The notes below the pieces were generated by a model. That model saw nothing but the letters and a program-made list of their open reading frames with translations, had not been told where the DNA came from and ran no database searches. A stretch of 64,000 bases of DNA, from NCBI GenBank assembly GCA_028278335.1, contig JANQEN010000251.1:2925-66924 (forward strand). The letters are read 5' to 3'. Positions 17,551 to 27,152 of the stretch are shown here, in pieces. Source of the stretch: Chitinivibrionales bacterium (GTDB lineage Bacteria > Fibrobacterota > Chitinivibrionia > Chitinivibrionales > JANQEN01). How positions within the stretch are numbered: the stretch's first letter is position 1; every line of letters begins with the position of its first letter. Made by a program: the position numbers and the translations under genes.

Positions 17551-19308
17551 CTATGTGTTTAGCTGCTTCCACATATCACCATAGGCTATCTCAAGGCTTT
17601 TAGTGAATTGAGCACCATTGCATATGGAAGATTGTGCCAAGGTTGCACGAAGTGCTGAGCGCAATTTTGCAAGCGGCTTTACATCACCAGCCAAAAAGGT
17701 GGCAAGGGATACATATCGATCAATGTCAGAGGCGATCATACCGGAAAGTCCAATACGAGTGAGAAGACTATGACCTACTCTTCCTGCATGTGCTTTTCCT
17801 GTTAAGGTTATTACCGGTACTCCCATCCAAAAAGCTTCGCAGGTTGTTGTTGTTCCGTTATAGGGAAAGGTGTCTAAGGCAATATCAACCGATCCATAAC
17901 AGGCAAGATGTTCATTTAATGATCGAGAATACTCTGAAAAGAGCAGCCGGTTTGAGTCAATTCCTCTGTTGTTAAAATGATTTACATAGATGTTTCTAAC
18001 CGATTCATCATTAAAGGGTTTGGTTTTTATCATAAGCTTTGCTGTAGGAATTGCTTTTAGAATCCTGCTCCAAACATCAATAGTTTCCGGTGATATTTTT
18101 GGTAAGTTGTTAAAGGAGCCAAAGGTAACAAAACCGTTTTTAATGGCAGGTAATTCTGAAACATCGGGAGAGTTTTGAGGAGCAACATAGCAAAGAAATC
18201 CATCAGAAAGATGGAACAGTTTTTCAGTGTAGTAGGGTGAATCTATTTCTGGGTCTGCCCACTGATCGGTAAGTCTAAAATCAATGGTCGAAAGGCCAGT
18301 TGTGTTTGGGTAGCCTAAGTATGTTACTTGCATAGGAGCGGGTTTGCGAAGAAAGAGTCCCATGCGGTTGTTGCCCGAATGACCTGCAAGATCTACTAAT
18401 ATATCAATAGCATCATTTTGGACCATGGAGAATACTTCATCATTGTTTTTTCCTACTATTGATCGCCAGATGAGTGGGAACTGTTGTAGGTGGAGTGTGA
18501 CGGGATCCGGTTTTACAACATCTGAATAGCAGAAGATAGAAAACTGTTCGTAATCATGGTTTCTTAATATGGGCTCTATATAATAGGCAACAGAGTGGGT
18601 TTTAAAATCTGCTGAAACATAACCAATGCGTAGATGCTTTTTGTTGCTGTCCTGAGATTTGTGTTTGAAAGGTTGGATATTTTTTGCAGTGGCAACGCGC
18701 TTTTCCCATTGAGTGTGCTCAAAAAATATTTCCTCCGATGGTCTGTTTGAATAGCAAAGCCCGAGTAGTAGATTTGATCCTGCAGCTTCGTTTCCTGGGT
18801 CAATTTCTAATCCCTTTTTGTAATAGGAGATAGCCTCATCAAATCGTCCGGAATCCTTTAAAATATTTCCTAAATTGACATAAGGCTCTAATCGAGTGGG
18901 GTCAAGGGTGATGATTTTTTTTGCAGCGTCTTCTGCTTCTTGATTTTTACCCATTATGTGCAGGGCTGCAGAGGAGTTGTTGAGTGCATCAATATAGTTC
19001 GGCTTTAAGGACAATGCCTTCTGGTACTGTTCTGTGGCCTTTTGATATTGAGCAAGCCTTTGTAATACAAGACCATAATTATAGAAAAAATGTGGATCTT
19101 TAAATCCCAACGTATCTACAAGATCAAAATGTTTTATTGCCTCTGTAGATCTGTTTTCAGTGGATGCAACAAGACCTAAGATGTAATTTGCAGCTATATT
19201 TTCTGGCTCTTGTGAAACTATGCTATCTAAAATTTCCTTTGTTTTTGCAATATTTCCTTTAGAGTAGCTCTGTTTCGCCTGATTCAATAGCTTATCAATC
19301 TTGTTCAT
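17551..19308 (-). CDS. TPR-repeat protein fused to GT41 (SPINDLY/OGT-like) glycosyltransferase
   Basis: 585 aa. It has N-terminal TPRs. The C-terminal motifs are IGYVSADFKTHSV, VDLAGHSGNNR, YLGYPNTTG and LDTFPYNGTTTTCEA. It is a paralogue of 22431-24176. Confidence 0.85.
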   Translation of the reverse strand: MNKIDKLLNQAKQSYSKGNIAKTKEILDSIVSQEPENIAANYILGLVASTENRSTEAIKHFDLVDTLGFKDPHFFYNYGLVLQRLAQYQKATEQYQKALSLKPNYIDALNNSSAALHIMGKNQEAEDAAKKIITLDPTRLEPYVNLGNILKDSGRFDEAISYYKKGLEIDPGNEAAGSNLLLGLCYSNRPSEEIFFEHTQWEKRVATAKNIQPFKHKSQDSNKKHLRIGYVSADFKTHSVAYYIEPILRNHDYEQFSIFCYSDVVKPDPVTLHLQQFPLIWRSIVGKNNDEVFSMVQNDAIDILVDLAGHSGNNRMGLFLRKPAPMQVTYLGYPNTTGLSTIDFRLTDQWADPEIDSPYYTEKLFHLSDGFLCYVAPQNSPDVSELPAIKNGFVTFGSFNNLPKISPETIDVWSRILKAIPTAKLMIKTKPFNDESVRNIYVNHFNNRGIDSNRLLFSEYSRSLNEHLACYGSVDIALDTFPYNGTTTTCEAFWMGVPVITLTGKAHAGRVGHSLLTRIGLSGMIASDIDRYVSLATFLAGDVKPLAKLRSALRATLAQSSICNGAQFTKSLEIAYGDMWKQLNT

Positions 19309-19321
19309 TGATACGCACGTG

Positions 19322-19951
19322 TTATGGTTGAAGATAATTATTTGTTTGAAGCCAGCTGGAGCACTCTTCCTCGATTTGGATTACTAATTCTTTAGGTAAG
19401 TCATTATACCAGCTTCCATGTTTTCCGTTGGTGATGTGTCCCTTGTGGAGAAGGTTTTCAAGATTGTAAGTGCCATTTGTTTTTGTACTTTCTCCATAGG
19501 TCATTGATCGAATGTTTTCGATAATTTCTGGAATGTTTGGATTTGGTATTTGTAAAATTGATGCAATTTCACTAATGGTCGACTTTTGCGATTCTATCAT
19601 AGTTTCATATCGCATCGAGTAGTGAGCGCACTTTTTCCAGAGGGCATCATGGTTAATATAGGTTCGGGCCTGTTCTATTGATGGCTCTGAGTTAAATTTC
19701 CTTTTAAAGCTGGCTAAAGCATCTCGAATGTCTCTAAAGGAATAAAAAATATACGTTGCCTTTTTTGCAATAACCTCTTCAAAGTTATGGATTTTCAAAA
19801 TGACTATATCATGGTCCTTAAATGTATTGAAATCACCGATCCATCCAGCTCCGATATCGAGGCTAGTTTCTTGCATAAGTAAACGAATGACATTGTATAA
19901 CCATGTGCTTCCTGACCGTGGCATTCCTGCTGTAACAATTAAATTCTTCAT
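19322..19951 (-). CDS. Sulfotransferase family protein
   Basis: 209 aa with an N-terminal PAPS 5'-phosphosulfate loop (GMPRSGSTWLYN). Confidence 0.7.
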   Translation of the reverse strand: MKNLIVTAGMPRSGSTWLYNVIRLLMQETSLDIGAGWIGDFNTFKDHDIVILKIHNFEEVIAKKATYIFYSFRDIRDALASFKRKFNSEPSIEQARTYINHDALWKKCAHYSMRYETMIESQKSTISEIASILQIPNPNIPEIIENIRSMTYGESTKTNGTYNLENLLHKGHITNGKHGSWYNDLPKELVIQIEEECSSWLQTNNYLQP

Positions 19952-19957
19952 AGTATG

Positions 19958-21370
19958 TCACTTTGTAAGGTTAAAACGTTCATGAATTAATGAAATTCTT
20001 CGTTCAATTTTGGGGATATGAAAACCTAAATCAATAATCTTTTGTAATATGGGCAATGAGTTTTTTCCAGTATAGTATGAAGAAAAAGCATGAAGCATTT
20101 CATATTGGTAAAGCATTGAGGCAATAGTCCATGTTATAAGAGAATCCTTGGGAGGTATAGATTCAAAGGCTTTCGAAACAGGTATAAATGGTTCAAGGTG
20201 GAAATGAGGAGAGGCGTTGTTGAAGGAGTTTAAAAGTTTTGATAGACTTTGTACAGCCTCTGCACGTCTGCCTAAATCAAATGCTATTCTGGCTAATGTT
20301 AACTGACGAGATATTGTTGGGGTAAGTTCAACTAAGGATTTACACTCCTTTAATGCTGTGGTAAGAAGAGCTATCTTGGCTGGCAATGAATGTTTTTGAC
20401 TCATGGCTTGAGCATAGCTGTTTAAAATCCTAAAATAGCTATTTTGTTCAGAACTTTTTTCTTGATTAAAAGAAGATATCCAGTGTGATAAAACTGATGT
20501 GCTGTAAGGAAAATTTTTTAAGTAAGCACTCCATCGTAGCTGGTCTTGATTTGGTGGTAATGTGTTGTCGAGCACCTCAATTGGTGTTCGAATAAGCATT
20601 CCCTCTTGCTCTAGTTCTTTGGCTTTTTCTTCCTTGCAACAGAATAGATTTAATTGAAATACATCAAATGTTTTATTTGGGTCAAAGGGCACCAATATAT
20701 CAAGTTGAGGAATTAAATGGAAGCATTGAAAATTGAGATCATTAAATTTGTTAATTAAGGGCCAATTAACAACGTTGCCATGTTTTAGCTCAAACATTAT
20801 AAGTGGCGAGATAGATGAAAGGAGTTGTCTGCCACCTTCGAGGATTTTTACCTCCTCTCCTTCGGCATCAAGTTTTATGAAATCAATATTATCCCAAGGA
20901 AATTTGCTAGCACACTCGTCTAATGTTGTCAGTGTAATTGTTTCGCTTGAATTGTGGCTGTCTCTATTTGAACTTAAACTATTCAATTCAGCATTGGGAC
21001 TTGTGAAGAAAGTGGCAGTTCCACAATGATTAGAAAGGCCCTCTTTGATAAGTGTAATATTTTTGAAGTTGTTGGTCTCTATGCTTTTTTCTAAAAAGGA
21101 AGCAACCTGTGAGGTAGGTTCAAATGACCAAATTCTACCCTTTTCCTGTATTTTGTTTGCTAATGTCAGAGTATATAAGCCGTAGTTTGCTCCAATGTCA
21201 ATAATGTTACTTTTTGGGTTAATTACTTTTCTGAGGAACTTTATTTCATCCTCAAACCAATCCTGTTGTTCCTTTAATATATAAGGAGTCATTAATTGGA
21301 TGGAACCGGGAACGACAATTTGCGTGTTGTCAACTATTGAAAGCGTTTCGGGTGGTATTGTATGTGTCAT
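19958..21370 (-). CDS. FkbM-family methyltransferase with helical C-terminal extension
   Basis: 470 aa. Motifs: IIDIGANYGLYTL, FEPTS, IDFIKLDAEGEE. The C-terminal ~200 aa are helical and TPR-like. Confidence 0.75.
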   Translation of the reverse strand: MTHTIPPETLSIVDNTQIVVPGSIQLMTPYILKEQQDWFEDEIKFLRKVINPKSNIIDIGANYGLYTLTLANKIQEKGRIWSFEPTSQVASFLEKSIETNNFKNITLIKEGLSNHCGTATFFTSPNAELNSLSSNRDSHNSSETITLTTLDECASKFPWDNIDFIKLDAEGEEVKILEGGRQLLSSISPLIMFELKHGNVVNWPLINKFNDLNFQCFHLIPQLDILVPFDPNKTFDVFQLNLFCCKEEKAKELEQEGMLIRTPIEVLDNTLPPNQDQLRWSAYLKNFPYSTSVLSHWISSFNQEKSSEQNSYFRILNSYAQAMSQKHSLPAKIALLTTALKECKSLVELTPTISRQLTLARIAFDLGRRAEAVQSLSKLLNSFNNASPHFHLEPFIPVSKAFESIPPKDSLITWTIASMLYQYEMLHAFSSYYTGKNSLPILQKIIDLGFHIPKIERRISLIHERFNLTK

Positions 21371-21658
21371 TAAATGCTCAAAAATTACAAATTAAATATG
21401 CTAATTGAATGTGCACCAGAAAGGTAAATGCTCGTTTGTTAATCATACACACGTTAATCATATCATTATATAGTTACAATGTAAAGCAAATAGTCTAATT
21501 GTTACATTTTGTTTTATAATGAGTTAGGCATACCGATGTTAATGAGGATGAGAGGTTTTGGATATCATATAGTAAATTTTGTTGTTCTCAATAAATTGTT
21601 ACAATGATATAATTAGAACAACATTTATTTCATACTTGTAAAGGAAGGAATACAATTT

Positions 21659-22357
21659 ATGGATACAGTCTTTGATAGTGAAGGTTATATGGTGATAAAT
21701 GAGGTTAGAAAGGCTTGGCTATTGCAGGTTTTAAATGAATTGCCCTTTGGAAATCAGCTTAAGACAGCATTAGATGTTGGTTGCGGAGCAGGTTACTTTT
21801 CTGAAATACTTCGTGACAAGGGTATGGAAGTAAGCGGTATTGATTTGCAAGAGGGTAATATTAGAGAGTGCAGAGAACGATATCCTGAGATGAAATTTAA
21901 CACAGTGAATTTAGATCAACCCTTTGAAGAGACCGGTCCCTATGATTTGGTTCTTCTCTTTGGCATTTTGTACCATTTACAATCACCACTTCAAACGATT
22001 CTTAATCTTAGGAACATGATAGGTCGAGTTGGAATCGTTTCAACAAGAACTGCATCAGGTGATTCCATGGCATGCTATCTGCATCATGAGTTTGAAGGTG
22101 CGGCACACAATACGGCCCGCGTTACTGCAGTGCCAACGCTGGCAGCCTATGTTCGTATGTTTAACTATGCAGGATTTGATTATGTGTATGTTCCAAAATA
22201 TCAACCAAACCATCCTCAATGGATAATGATACGAAATGGTCAGCGATATAGCTTTATTGTATCCAAAGAGCCTATTGAAGGTACAAATTGGCAATTGGTA
22301 AAAGCACCCAATTTCATAAATAAATGGGATCCCATCTTGATCCCAGCAAAGGTTTGA
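21659..22357 (+). CDS. Class I SAM-dependent methyltransferase
   Basis: 232 aa with motif I ALDVGCGAGYFSE and the post-I acidic residue (GIDL). Confidence 0.8.
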   Translation: MDTVFDSEGYMVINEVRKAWLLQVLNELPFGNQLKTALDVGCGAGYFSEILRDKGMEVSGIDLQEGNIRECRERYPEMKFNTVNLDQPFEETGPYDLVLLFGILYHLQSPLQTILNLRNMIGRVGIVSTRTASGDSMACYLHHEFEGAAHNTARVTAVPTLAAYVRMFNYAGFDYVYVPKYQPNHPQWIMIRNGQRYSFIVSKEPIEGTNWQLVKAPNFINKWDPILIPAKV

Positions 22358-22430
22358 AAGTACCTACTCACTTCTTTATTGGGGTTATTTGGAAAGTTAC
22401 TCTCAAAGGTACGATGGGAGTCTGATCACA

Positions 22431-24176
22431 TTAAGATTGCATGATCAATTGATATGAATGTTCGATTGCCTCTGAATGAGACCGTGCATTACAGAGTTGA
22501 GATTGTGTAAAACTCTTTTTTAATGTATTATGATATGATTCTAACGTTGAAGCGTTCTTTGCAAGATTTTTTGCGGTGCCAATATATTCTTCAACATTGG
22601 GTGTGATGAGGTCTGTACACCCAATTTGGTTCAAAATACTATATCCAACCCTTCCCCCATGTCTATCGCCCTTGAGCGTGATAACAGGCCTTCCCATAAA
22701 GAGCGCCTCACAGGTGGTTGTGGTACCATTGTAGGGAAAAGTGTCTAAGGAAATGTCAATTAAGTTGTAACAGTTTAGATGTTCTTCAAGGTTGTATGAG
22801 TGACCCATAAACAGTAATTGATCAGGCTCAATGTTGTGTTTTACAAATTGTGATTTAAATTGATGAATAACGTGAGGATCATTGAATGGCTTTGATTTTA
22901 TTACTAATTTTGAATTGGGAACATTTCTTAAAATTGCAGCCCAAACTGAAATGGTTTCTTCACTGACTTTTGGTAAATTGTTAAAGGAACCAAAAGTAAT
23001 ATACCCATTTTGTTTAAAAGGCGAAGCAGGGGGTATGTTGGAATCTAAATCAGGTGGTCGATAGCATAGAAAGCAACGAGAAAGTCGAATTAACTTTTCA
23101 GTATAGAATTGGTCCTGATCCTCAGGATCAGCTAGTGCATCGGTAATTCTAAAGTCCATTGTAGAAAGACCGGTGGTATTTGGGTATCCTAAATAGGAGA
23201 TTTGGATGGGCGCTGGCTTTTGCAGAAATAGAGTAAGCCTATTTCGACTGGAGTGACCAGCTAGATCAACCAGGATATCAATACCATCGGCATTAATCAT
23301 AGAAATCACTTCTTGATCAGAGATGTTATAAATCGGTCGCCAAACATGAGCATGATTCTTAATACGCTCGGTTGTTGAATCAACTATGGAACAGTCGTGG
23401 TAACAATATATGTGAAATTTTTTTTTGTCATGATGCTCAATAAGTGGTTCGATGAAATAACCCACTGAATGGATCCGGAAATCAGCAGAGACATAACCGA
23501 TTTTTATAGGAGACGTACTTTCTCGAATAGTTTTTCTTTGAGAGGGAGTACTGTCTTCCCTCATTCTTTTTTCCCATTCTCGGTGGAGCTCAAATACGCT
23601 ATGTTGATCCAAGGTTCGATAATTACAGGCGAGTAGAAAATTTGATGACACGGTGTTATCATTTGGTGAAATGGAAATGGCTTTTTTATAATATGTCAAT
23701 GCCTCAGTTATTTCTCCCTGATCCTTACAAAGATTTGCAAAATTATTGATAATATTTGAATTTGCCGGTTCCAATTGAATAGCTTTGCTGCATAGCTTTT
23801 TTGCCGTTGAAATTTGGCCCATTTGACCAAGGATCCCTATAATATTTATTATGGTAGGAATATGGTTGGGCATTTGGGAAAGAAGGGAATTAAATATTTT
23901 TAGTGCTTCCGAATAATGCCCTATTTCCAACAGGACCGATCCATAATTAAATGTCCATTGGGAGTTATTATTTGCACTGGAAGCCTTTTTTAGATGAGGC
24001 AGTGACTCAAGAGCTTGGCCTTTAGAGAATAAACTTAATCCTAAGAAATAGGAAGCTTCTATATGTGATGGATCTAAACGAATAATCTTATTATAGAGTG
24101 TAATTGCTTTGTCATATTCTTTTTGCTCAAAGGAAGAGCGAGCTGATTCTAGTAAATTATTTGTTTGGTCTTTCAT
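22431..24176 (-). CDS. TPR-repeat protein fused to GT41 (SPINDLY/OGT-like) glycosyltransferase (second paralogue)
   Basis: 581 aa. It shares the architecture and motifs of 17551-19308 (IGYVSADFRIHSV, VDLAGHSSRNR, YLGYPNTTG, LDTFPYNGTTTTCEA). Confidence 0.85.
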   Translation of the reverse strand: MKDQTNNLLESARSSFEQKEYDKAITLYNKIIRLDPSHIEASYFLGLSLFSKGQALESLPHLKKASSANNNSQWTFNYGSVLLEIGHYSEALKIFNSLLSQMPNHIPTIINIIGILGQMGQISTAKKLCSKAIQLEPANSNIINNFANLCKDQGEITEALTYYKKAISISPNDNTVSSNFLLACNYRTLDQHSVFELHREWEKRMREDSTPSQRKTIRESTSPIKIGYVSADFRIHSVGYFIEPLIEHHDKKKFHIYCYHDCSIVDSTTERIKNHAHVWRPIYNISDQEVISMINADGIDILVDLAGHSSRNRLTLFLQKPAPIQISYLGYPNTTGLSTMDFRITDALADPEDQDQFYTEKLIRLSRCFLCYRPPDLDSNIPPASPFKQNGYITFGSFNNLPKVSEETISVWAAILRNVPNSKLVIKSKPFNDPHVIHQFKSQFVKHNIEPDQLLFMGHSYNLEEHLNCYNLIDISLDTFPYNGTTTTCEALFMGRPVITLKGDRHGGRVGYSILNQIGCTDLITPNVEEYIGTAKNLAKNASTLESYHNTLKKSFTQSQLCNARSHSEAIEHSYQLIMQS

Positions 24177-26619
24177 CGTGCAAGTTGGTTAGTGTAGGTG
24201 AAGAAACAGAGTTCGATTTTAATATAGTATACAGCTCCTGTATATGCTTTGGAACTTCATTTAATTCTTCTTCAGTATATTTATTATGATTTAGCGAGCT
24301 GTCAAAAAAACCTTCAATAGTGCAAAGCATCTTCTCCTTTGAAAGAGGTGATTTTAGCATTGTAATTATGTTATACAGATCATTACCAAGATTATGAGTA
24401 AGACTATCATAATTGACAACTGTCACAGGAATAGATTCAATTGAATCTATGAGACGAACATTATATTCATACCAAAGGTTTAAGCCAAATTCTAAGGGAA
24501 AATGGTTTCGCTTTTTTAGTGAGTGTGCAACACCAAGAGGGTGTCGAAAGCAGATTATCACCGATTTTAATCGAGGACAAAATTGTTTCCATGTGTCTAA
24601 GGTAAGGCATAGTCTCGGGTCTTTAATAATTGTCCCTTCAAAGGAGTTATTAAAGCTTGTGATATGCATAGCAAGAGCCTCACCAGCTTTATATAGATTG
24701 TTTTGTTGTGGAAGCTCAAACCAAGAGCCATTTGATTTTTGAAGGATGTTTTCGTTTATCATCACTACAGAGTGGTTTTCAAAATGACCTTTAACATTAT
24801 CAAATTTTGGTTTGTTTTCATTTAATAGATTTTTTTCAGGACCAAGTGAGAACCCACATTTACCTAAGAGACCAGCTATACTGCTTGTTCCACTTCTATG
24901 CATCCCCGTTACTGCTATGATCTCAGATTCCTGTTTCTTAGTTGCTTTTTGCATTTGTGAAGTATTTTTGGAATCGCCTTCTTGATTTATTATGTGTAAA
25001 AGTCCATACTTTGCCATCCATAAAAGGATATAGTTTATTGATTCAATTACAGCACCTTGGCCAAAGGTTTTATGAATCTCTTGAACCTGCGTAGCTTTAG
25101 CAGATGTTTTAATAAGGATGTTCAGCGCTAAAGTATTGTCTATAAGAGGACTAATATCCGTATAAGGCAGTGGTAAAGAGAGTGTATCTATAGCCTTTTG
25201 TCCTGCATCAGTTAATGAACAAATATTTGTGCTTTGCAAAATATGAGTGGGATAATGGGAGAACTGATGTGTGTAATTTGTCCGGAAAGGATTTTCTGGG
25301 CATTCAACGTGCTCAGATAATTTAACAGATTGGGAGAAGAGGTCCTCCCATAGGATTTCATAATCCTTAATAATACTTTTCCAAAGATAGGAGTTTTTTA
25401 CAACCTTACAGGCATTATTTCCAATTGTTTTTTGAAATTCATTATCCTCTATTAATTTGTTAAGACTATCAAATAGTTGTTCCGTATCAATGACCATACA
25501 TTGCGAGAGCATTAGTTGCATTGTGTCAAAGTTCATTAAATCAGCTAGCTCTGACGTTGGTAACGTGTCAGTCCAAAGAGTGTTGATTTTAAAACCTGTT
25601 TCATTATGACTCACCAACTCACTATATCCGTTTAAGTCAGAAACGACAACCGGCAGTTGTGATCCCATAGCTTCAATGATTGATATACCAAAGGTTTCCT
25701 GTAAATTATCACTGAGCGAAACAAAAATATCGGATGCTCCATAGATTAGTTTCTTTGTGGTATCATCAAAATTCGTAATTAAAAAAACAGAATCTTCAAT
25801 GCCACATTCACAAATTATTTGACTAATCAGAGTTTTTTCAGATGTTGAAGCTCCACCAGCAAGAATTAAAGAGAGCGGGATTGTTGGATTGTTGTCTTGG
25901 AGTCTTCGAAATGTTTTTATGAGTGGATAAAGATCAGCCTTAGTTTGTGGTGATAAACGTCCTAAGTGAAGTAGCACAGTGTTGTTTTCTGGAATTGATA
26001 AAGACTTTCGAGACTCCATTTTACCTGTTTTATTTAGGAAGTTTTCATCAATGCCTAGGGGAATGATTGTAGTTTTTCCTTTGAAACTAATAGAGATATT
26101 ATTTCTAGAGAAGGTTTTAGAAAGAGAGGAAAAAATGTTTTGCACTACTTTTTGACCTGACTTACTTGAACAAATAATGGTATCGTAAGGCAAAAGGGGA
26201 GCGTTACACATTTTCAATCCGTGATAATTGGTTTCAATTCCATTGAGAGAGTGGATTAATCCTGTAATGGGGAACTTATTTTTAGCATATTTATTTCGAA
26301 GATAGACCAAACCTGGAAAAAAGTAACCCCACCCTCCTAGGTGGAACACATAATACTCCTGAATTCGAATTTGGTCAACAAGGTGATTCAACAGGTACAA
26401 TTTTATCTTACTTTTTTGACTTTGAGGAATATCTTCCTGTAATAGTCTGTTTTTTGTTAGATTGTAATGGGATACATTAAGGCAGAAGATATGAAATTCA
26501 TCAAAGCTGCTATAACGTATTAAGGCTTTAAAAAAATCATAATTTGCAACATGGCGGCCTAACTTTAAGCTTGTCTCTTTACTTTCGACAAAGGGATATA
26601 CAGAACCAAATATTTTCAT
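24157..26619 (-). CDS. GT4-type (GT-B) glycosyltransferase fused to C-terminal sulfotransferase domain
   Basis: 820 aa. The GT-B C-terminal half includes ETFGISIIEAMGSQLPVVVSD (E-x7-E region). After ~aa 570 comes IIAVTGMHRSGTSSIAGLL (PAPS loop), followed by a sulfotransferase-like tail. Confidence 0.75.
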   Translation of the reverse strand: MKIFGSVYPFVESKETSLKLGRHVANYDFFKALIRYSSFDEFHIFCLNVSHYNLTKNRLLQEDIPQSQKSKIKLYLLNHLVDQIRIQEYYVFHLGGWGYFFPGLVYLRNKYAKNKFPITGLIHSLNGIETNYHGLKMCNAPLLPYDTIICSSKSGQKVVQNIFSSLSKTFSRNNISISFKGKTTIIPLGIDENFLNKTGKMESRKSLSIPENNTVLLHLGRLSPQTKADLYPLIKTFRRLQDNNPTIPLSLILAGGASTSEKTLISQIICECGIEDSVFLITNFDDTTKKLIYGASDIFVSLSDNLQETFGISIIEAMGSQLPVVVSDLNGYSELVSHNETGFKINTLWTDTLPTSELADLMNFDTMQLMLSQCMVIDTEQLFDSLNKLIEDNEFQKTIGNNACKVVKNSYLWKSIIKDYEILWEDLFSQSVKLSEHVECPENPFRTNYTHQFSHYPTHILQSTNICSLTDAGQKAIDTLSLPLPYTDISPLIDNTLALNILIKTSAKATQVQEIHKTFGQGAVIESINYILLWMAKYGLLHIINQEGDSKNTSQMQKATKKQESEIIAVTGMHRSGTSSIAGLLGKCGFSLGPEKNLLNENKPKFDNVKGHFENHSVVMINENILQKSNGSWFELPQQNNLYKAGEALAMHITSFNNSFEGTIIKDPRLCLTLDTWKQFCPRLKSVIICFRHPLGVAHSLKKRNHFPLEFGLNLWYEYNVRLIDSIESIPVTVVNYDSLTHNLGNDLYNIITMLKSPLSKEKMLCTIEGFFDSSLNHNKYTEEELNEVPKHIQELYTILKSNSVSSPTLTNLHDERPNK

Positions 26620-27152
26620 TTTATCTCCGCAAATAAATAAAGATTGCCTATGTTAAGGCATGCCATTTAATGATCTTATACTCTTTTGGCAATATGCCTT
26701 GTTTATTGTTAAGCCCAAATTGAGTAATAAAAGGAAAACGAACGCACGCTTTGATATTGACCAGAAGTAGACCTAGTAATTTGATTATATTCAAACACAT
26801 AAAAAGAAGTTGAGACTTTCTGACCATAAGCTTCGCACAAAAAGCTGTGAATCCCTTAAACCTATTGAAATAAAAATATTTTACTTTTGCATCTTCATAT
26901 CCGGCCAAGTATCGCTTAAAGATTAATAATTTTCAAACAATATAATAATTATATGATATTTACCTGTGCAATTGTATGATTTTTAAATAGATATCAAAAT
27001 GAAGCAATGAGATTGGAGATCATAAAATAGAGATGTCTCTTTTTACAAAAGGTACGAGCGAACCCTTTGGCAACGCCTTTTAGGATTTTCTAAGGCAAGG
27101 AGCTGGACATACTTTATATAGAACTCAAATGAGACCATGTGTATTAAGAACG

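Noticed and set aside
26620-27152. 86-aa ORF (26648-26908) in the 530-bp spacer between the GT4-sulfotransferase gene and the giant TPR gene.
   Set aside because: It has no motif and a hydrophobic, low-complexity composition in AT-rich DNA. There is no start context. It is probably non-coding promoter/terminator space.
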